In this document: positions 57,413 through 64,000 of the stretch, piece by piece
How positions within the stretch are numbered: position 1 is the stretch's first letter
How the letters are laid out: each line of letters starts with the position of its first letter
Origin: Plasmodiophora brassicae
Lineage: Eukaryota
DNA length: 64,000 nucleotides
Direction: 5' to 3'
Assembly: GCA_036867785.1 (NCBI GenBank)
Contig: CP145419.1
Location: forward strand, 992,001 to 1,056,000
Position numbers and translations under genes: made by a program
The notes under the pieces: model-generated
The model's input: the letters and a program-made list of their open reading frames with translations, nothing else
Database searches by the model: none
What the model was told of the DNA's origin: nothing

Positions 57413-58816
57413 TTATTTATACCAGTCGTCGAAGACGGGTGCCGGGCCGAGTTTGAATTCGGCGCGCGTGACATCGGACACGGTTCGCTGCCGGGAGACG
57501 CCGAGGCCCTGGTCGCATTCGTCCTGGACGCCCTTGACGATCTTGGCGATGAACTCGGTGCGCCCGGCGCGGATCTGTCGCATCTCGGCGCGCTGCTGCC
57601 TGCGCTGGGCGACGCGTGCCCTGGCGGCCGCCTGCTCGTCCTTGGCGAGCTCGTCGCGCAGCGCCTGCACCTTGCCGTGCAGGTCCCTGTTGCGTTCGTG
57701 CTCGTGATGCGTCCGCAGGCGACGCATGAACATGTCGTCCGACGGTTTGTTCGGCGCCGGCCCGCCCTTGGTCACGCGCAGGCGCAGCGCACGACCCACC
57801 TGCGACGTCGGCGTCGTCGCTTTCGACAGGAACGCGGCCACTAGACCCGAGTTCCCGAACGTCTCGAACGTTCGTCGCGTACGCAGCGGGATCCGCGACG
57901 CGATATGCTCGGCGCGTTGCGCCAGGATCCTTCGCACGCGGTCGTTCGTCGACAACGACTCGTCCCTGGAGATGTCCATGCACGCCCGGACGACGTCTTC
58001 GGTGTCGCGCCCGTGGCGCCCCTGACGCCGGCCCGGGGAACCTTCGGGCGGGCACAGCTTCCAGTGCCGCGTGTCCACTGGCGGCAGCAACGGGCCCATG
58101 ATCCAGGTCGCGAACGACCTCGCGAGGTCGTCCCGGAACGGTTTCTCGAGCATACGCGGGCGCTCGTCCGGGTACAGGCTGTACAGCAGGTAGAAGACCG
58201 ATTGCGCCAGCGCGTCGTGGTAGTTGTCGCAGATGACGTCCTTGAGCTGGCCGTCGATGCGCACGAACAGGCGGACAAAGTTACGGGCGATGCGGTCGTG
58301 GACGGCGGCCAGGAGCGTGTCGCGGTCGTCGCCGGCGTAGAAGAAGGTGAGCGTCGCCCACCAGAACGCGTCGGCGATGACGTCCTGCGACAGGCGGCTC
58401 GTGAAATGCGCCTTCCATGCCGCCCTGAGGTTGTCGTCGTCGAACAGCAGCGTGGACGTGCACGCCTGGAGCGCCTCCTGAACGGGCGCCCGGTCGGGCA
58501 GCGGGCACGTCCTGACGGTGATGTCGCCCGGCATCGCCCGCCCCGTGACCGGCGCAGGAGGACGACTCGCCCGGCGATGGTGCTGCGGGGGCGGCAACGG
58601 CAGCGTCGACGTCAGGAACGGCGCCACCACATCGGCGGCGACTTCGTCCGATGCGCCCCGGTCCGACTCGGGCGCGCCGTCGTCGTCATCGCCGATCGAC
58701 GACACCATCGCGGGCAGATCGATCGATCGGGTACGCTGCGAAGTCACGCGCCGGCCCAGACGGATCGCTCGAGGCGGAGGACGCTCCACGTCCCTGGGAG
58801 GGGGGCCGAACATCAT
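57413..58816 (-). CDS. FAM227-like (FWWh domain) protein
   Basis: IADAFWW...DRIARNFVRLF...KD...YHDALAQSVFY...YP. Confidence 0.8.
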   Translation of the reverse strand: MMFGPPPRDVERPPPRAIRLGRRVTSQRTRSIDLPAMVSSIGDDDDGAPESDRGASDEVAADVVAPFLTSTLPLPPPQHHRRASRPPAPVTGRAMPGDITVRTCPLPDRAPVQEALQACTSTLLFDDDNLRAAWKAHFTSRLSQDVIADAFWWATLTFFYAGDDRDTLLAAVHDRIARNFVRLFVRIDGQLKDVICDNYHDALAQSVFYLLYSLYPDERPRMLEKPFRDDLARSFATWIMGPLLPPVDTRHWKLCPPEGSPGRRQGRHGRDTEDVVRACMDISRDESLSTNDRVRRILAQRAEHIASRIPLRTRRTFETFGNSGLVAAFLSKATTPTSQVGRALRLRVTKGGPAPNKPSDDMFMRRLRTHHEHERNRDLHGKVQALRDELAKDEQAAARARVAQRRQQRAEMRQIRAGRTEFIAKIVKGVQDECDQGLGVSRQRTVSDVTRAEFKLGPAPVFDDWYK

Positions 58817-58981
58817 CACTGTGCCACGATTGCCGCTGACACTGCGGTTGCAGTCGCGGTGTCGTCGCTCTCCTAAAAGTAGAGCGCGCCGCCGCCCGAT
58901 CAGGGCAGGGGCGATCCGGAAATAGGGACGAGCGCGCACCTATTTCCGTCAAATCCGATCGTGCCGTCGACGATTGAAGCC

Positions 58982-61282
58982 ATGGCGGGCGGCCGCCTCA
59001 CCGACAACGAGCTGGCGCAGGCGCTCGTCGCCCTGCAAACGCCGACGCCGCTGCTGAAGTTCGGCACGTCCGGCAAGGTACGTGCGCGCCGGCCCGATCT
59101 GTGCGGGTCGCTGACCTGGGCGACGCCGCAGCCCAAGTTCAGGAAGTTCTCGCTGAGCGCCGATTTCCGGCGCCTGCGCTGGTCGTCGCCGAACAAGGAA
59201 TCCGAAAGTAATTCGGCGTTGGTCGCGTGCGTCCCTCGGTGCAGTGGTCTGATGACGGTACGCGTCGTGCCCAGTTGCACTCGACGCCGTCGTCTCCATC
59301 AAGTTCGGGCAGCGCACCGAGAAGTTCGCCCGCAACCGTCGGGCGGACCTCGACCATCTGTCCTTCTCGCTGCTCCACTGTACGTCGGTTGTTCGGGTTC
59401 GCCTAACGCGCCGAATGACCTGGCCTCGCGCGTACAGATTCGCGGCCAGCGCCTCCGTCGACGGTCGGCACGACGCCACACGTCGGCTCCGTGCGCCGTT
59501 CGTCGCATTCGCCGTCTCGTTCGGCGGCGGGCAGCACCAGCACGCTGTCGGGCAGCGGGCCGATCGACACGCTCGACCTCGTCTGCAAGGGTGCGTAATG
59601 ACGACTCGCGGGCGCGTTGTCCCTCCCGTTTGCTGACCGGCGACTGTCGTGGCAGACGAGGCCGAATGGCGCACGTGGACCGCCGTCCTGTCCGGGTTGC
59701 ACAACCGGACGATCAGCGAGGCGGTGATCGAGAAGGCGCTCGAGCTGACGAACGCGTGCAAGGGCGCGCCGGAGGCGGCGGCGTTCCACGCGGGCCGGGC
59801 GCTGAACGCGACGAGCGACGACGTCAGCCAGGTGTACACCTGGGGGTCCGGGTGCTGGGGCGCCAGCGCCCATGGCGACCTGGAGATGCGCACGAAACCG
59901 GAGATCGTCAAGGGCGCCGTCGGCCAGGGCGTGACGGGCCTGGCGTGCGGCTGGGCGCACACCGTCTTCCTGATGGAGTCCGGCGAGGTGTGGGCCTCCG
60001 GGCACCGCGCCGGCACCGGCCTGCCGACCGACAACAACATCCTGATGCAGGTGCCGCTGCCCGCCAAGGTCGAGGTCGTCCAGCTCGCCTGCGGGTCGTA
60101 CCATTCGCTGGCGCGCACGGCGACCGGCTCGGTCCTGTCCTGGGGGTCCAACCTGCGCGGCCAGCTCGGCCACGGCGACACGGCCGACCGCGAGCGCCCG
60201 ACGCCGATCGACAGCGTCCAGGGGCGCATCGTCAACCTCGCCTGCGGGTCGAACGCCTCCGCCCTGGTCGACGCCGCCGGCGCCCTGCTGACGTTCGGCC
60301 AGGGCGACATGGGCTTCACCGGGCACGGTACGGTGATGCCGTGCTGGTACTTGTTTGGACTCGGTCGCTGACACGCGGTCGTCCCACAGGGCACGACCGC
60401 GACGTCCTGGTGCCGACGGCGCTGGGCGAGTTCGGCCCGCAGAACCCGGTGCTGTCGGTCGCCGCCGGCGATTGCCACATGGTCGCCGTGGCCGCCCAGG
60501 GCGTCTTCTCCTGGGGCTGGAACATGTGCGGCCAGCTGGGCCAGGGGCACTTCGCCGACGTGTGGGCGCCCCGCGAGATCGACGCCCTGCACGTGACGGC
60601 GGCAACGGCGCCGGACGCGCCCGCCGCCGTCGCCGTCGTCGACGTCAGCTGCGGCGCCGCCCACTCGGCCATCATCCTGCACCACACCGTCACCGACCTG
60701 TACGAGCTGTTCACCTGGGGCGCCAACAGCACCGGCCAGTGCGCCCAGCGCCGCAACCAGACGACGCCGAACCTGTGCACGCCGACGCCCGTCGAGCTCA
60801 GGTTCGGCCCCAGCAAGCTGCTTGCGGTACGTACCCAGCGTTCGGCGTCGTCCATCCGGCGGTGACCCGCGTGGCAGGTGGAGTGCGGCGCGTACCACCT
60901 GGCCCTGCTCACGTACCCGCACGGCCTGTGGCACGCCGGGTCGAACACGTACGGGCAGCTGGGCCTGGACACGACGGCGCACGAGGCCAGCTACGAGCTG
61001 GCGCCGTGCAAGCTGTCGCCCAAGACAGGCATCGCCCAGGTCGCCTGCGGCGCGACGCACTCCTGCATCCTGGTCAACGAGAGCTGGGTGGACGACCAGC
61101 ACTGCCCCGTCTGCATGGCCTGCAAGCTCGAGTTCACCCGGTTCCGGCGCCGGCACCACTGCCGCGCCTGCGGTGGCATCTTCTGTGCCGCCTGCAGCGC
61201 GAACCGCTCGGCGATCCTGCGCAAGGGCGTCACCGCGCCCGTGCGCGTCTGCGACGCCTGCTTCGCGAAGCTGTCGCGGTAG
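58982..61282 (+). CDS. PH + RCC1 repeats + FYVE protein (PRAF-like), multi-exon
   Basis: LLKFGTSGK|PKFRKFSLSAD (PLC-type PH); ACGWAHT, ACGSYHS, WGSNLRGQLG RCC1 repeats; WVDD...RRRHHCRACG...RVCDAC. Confidence 0.9.
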
Positions 61283-61321
61283 GCGCGCCACAGACATGAC
61301 CGCAGTCTCAATGAACAATGT

Positions 61322-64000
61322 TTATCGTATGTCCCGGGAGGATGACGACGACGCCCGCATCGCCTGCCGTCGCAGCTGCCGATGCTGCCGTCGGTCGGCC
61401 AGGCAGGCCTGGTGCCGGTGGACGGCGGCCTGCAACCGGTCGGACGCGCGACGTAGGCCGGACGACGCGCTCACGTCGTCGCCGCGAACCGGCAGCGCCA
61501 GGGACCGGGTCAGCGGCGGCGGGACGCTGGCGCGTTCGGCAGTGGGCGCCGTGACGGCCGCCGACGCGGGCCGGGACGACGACGTCCAGCAGCGATGCAG
61601 GGCCGCCGACCCGCGCCGGTCCGGGCGGATCGCCGGCGCCGACCTGCACCGGGTCATCGACGTTGCCGGGCGCGACCGCGCGGCGGCGGCATCGGCGACC
61701 TGCGCGCAGTAAAGATCATCACGGTCCGCGTTGTGTCGCACGCGCAGGACCGACCTGGTGCGAGCGGGCCGCGTCCGGCGCGGGCGCGTCAGCGGCGCCC
61801 GGCAGGGTCAGCGGGGTCGTGTCGGGCTGGGCGGCGGCCCCGTTGCGGATCCTGGCGACCTGCGCCTCCGGGTAGAACACGAGGAAGTCGTCGCGGTGCT
61901 CGCGGCGCTGCCGGTGCTCGAGGCACTCCATGAACCTGGACACGTACGCGTCCCTGCCGACCGGCACACCACATCAGCCATCCAATCGCGCGCCAACCGC
62001 CACCGACACACCTGTCGCTCTCGACGCGGTCGATGTCCAGCACCAGCCGCCAGGGCCGTTCCTGCGGTCGGCACACGTCAGCGGAGCAGCGCGACAGGCG
62101 GCGGCGGCGGGCCCCCCGACAATTTCGATGGCGTCGTCGAGAGCGCCGAGCAAGGCGCCGTCGTCGCCGTCGTCGGCGACGGACCAGATCCGGGGAACGG
62201 GCCGGTGCTCGCCACTGTCGATCGTGGCCGTCGCCAGGACGGCGCGCCCGCCGGGCTCGCACAGCACCGACTGGACCGCCTGCGCACCGACGCGCACCTC
62301 CAGGCGCTTCTCCGCCTGCACGTGCACGCCGGCGGACGGGCGCGTTCCTGCACACACACACAGCCGGCGGGGCGTCAGGCGGTCATCCGTCCAGCCCGGC
62401 CGCAGGGACGCACCGTCGCCCAGCGAATCGATCAAGGCGCGCAGACGCCATCCCCGCACGACGCCGTCGTCGTCGCCGGCGAACAGCGTCCGCGTGGTCG
62501 CGTCGAAGTCGATGCACGAGACGGACGTCTGCGAGTTCGCCTGTGCAGGTCAGTCGCCGATCGTCGACGCGGGCAGCGGCGCGCGTACGAGGCGACAGGC
62601 GATGAGCCCCGGGAGTTTCGACGGGCGCGTCGTCCAGATGCAGACGTCGCCGTTGACGTCGGCGGCGGCGAGCAGCGGCAGGTCGCCCAGGAACCGGACG
62701 GACGTGATCGGCGCCGGGCACCGAAGGACGGCCTGCAGGCGCCCCATCTTCATGTCCCACCTGACACACAAACACGGTTAGCCCGGACGGCATCGACAGC
62801 GATCAACGCCCCGCCCAGTACAGGTGGACGCGCCCAGCGCTGTCGCCGGCGGCGATCAGGAACGCGGGTCGGACGGACAGGTGCACCGACGTGATCGCGA
62901 CACGATCCGGGAGCCGCATGCGGTAGAAGACGTGCGGCGTCTCGATGGGCTGCTCGTCGTGCACGACGATCGCCTGGTCGGCGGCGCCGACCGACACCAC
63001 CGCCTTCATGTCGTCGATGAACAGCAGGTGCGCCACCTCGCCGCCGACGTGCGGCGTCAGGCTCTTCAGGAACGTCCCGTTCCGGTAGTTGTACTACGGA
63101 CGCAGACGACACCGGTTCACACGAGGACGCGCGCGCCGATCGGGCGGTGCCACCTACGACGCCAATCGCTCCGTTCCCGTCTCCAACGATGATCTTCTTC
63201 CCAGCGTACCCGAGGCACATAGCTTCGTGTCGGTGTCAGCGTCGGCGGCGACCCATCAGCGAACGCGTCCCCCCGCACCTACCGGTGATCTCAGGGCAGG
63301 CGAGTTCGGCGACGCTGACGAGGTGGCCCTTCAGGCCGTCCCAGATCTGGAGCCGGTTGCCCACGGCGACGGCGAACGACAGCGCGTACGGGTTGTACAG
63401 GACGCAGGAGACGGTGCGCGTCGCCCCCGCCGTGCCGCTGCTGCTGGACCAGTACGGGCCGTTCTCGACGTCGACGGGCGCCCAGGCGTCGTCGTCGGAG
63501 CAGAACACGAGACGACGATGCGGGCCCGTGCAGCAGGCGAATGACGACGCCGACGGCAGCGCGGTCAGCGTCTGGCAGCATTGGAAGTTCCGCGCGTCCC
63601 ACACCTTCACGACGCCGTCCGCGTCGGCCGTGACGATCTGCGGCGTCCCCGACACGAACTGGACGTCGACCAGGGGCGCGACATGACCTACGCGCCGACC
63701 GTCAGGCGTCGTCGGTGACACGCAACCGGTGCGGCCAGCCAGCGTGCCTGTCAGCTTGCACATGAGGTGCGAGGCGAACGGCGACCAGACGCAGGCGTCC
63801 CGGTCGAGGCCGGCGCTGATCAGGAACTTGTACTCGGCGCTGTACGCCAGACCCGCGACCCCCTTCCTGTGCGCCTTGAACTGCCTGAACCACACACAGA
63901 CCACCGCACTGTCAATGACGATGCGGGTCCCGGGGAGGGGAACGGGGCGGCACGGCGCCTCTGCCACTGGCGCGCTTTTCGAGCTGCAGTCGCAGTGACG
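61322..64000 (-). CDS. WD40-repeat protein (5' end outside window), multi-exon
   Basis: FKAHRKGV...ISAGLDRDACVWS, GHVAPLVDV...TADADGVVKVWD, AAADVNGDVCIW. Confidence 0.8.

Noticed and set aside
1-64000. rRNA/tRNA genes, prokaryotic operons or defence systems
   Set aside because: None recognisable; gene structure is spliceosomal throughout.

Overview
Gene-dense, GC-rich eukaryotic DNA with very short (~50-75 bp) GT-AG introns (GTACG-type donors, CTGAC/CTAAC branch points). Flagellar genes, a chitin synthase, hevein/CBM18 proteins and signal-peptide ankyrin proteins suggest a phytomyxean protist such as Plasmodiophora (inference, not verified). I reconstructed about 30 mostly spliced genes by hand, so the ORF track is misleading here. 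Housekeeping genes include two glutaredoxins, a pseudo-calpain, HSP20, GRHPR, an Ariadne E3, CFAP210-like, KAP3, a CID-RRM protein and a PH-RCC1-FYVE protein. Two accessory zones interrupt them. Zone 1 (~18-39 kb) holds cell-surface and chitin genes: two LRR-TM proteins, two hevein-TM paralogs hidden in micro-exons, a chitin synthase, a secreted SKP1-like/ankyrin gene and an intron-containing Crypton-like tyrosine recombinase. Zone 2 (~41-49 kb) is a tandem duplication of secreted F-box/ankyrin genes whose junctions carry fragments of both flanking housekeeping genes. The most notable candidates are a secreted SCF-ligase mimic set (F-box-ANK plus SKP1-ANK), membrane-anchored chitin-binding receptor-like proteins, and a secreted triple cold-shock-domain protein. 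All family assignments come from motif recognition; no searches were run.
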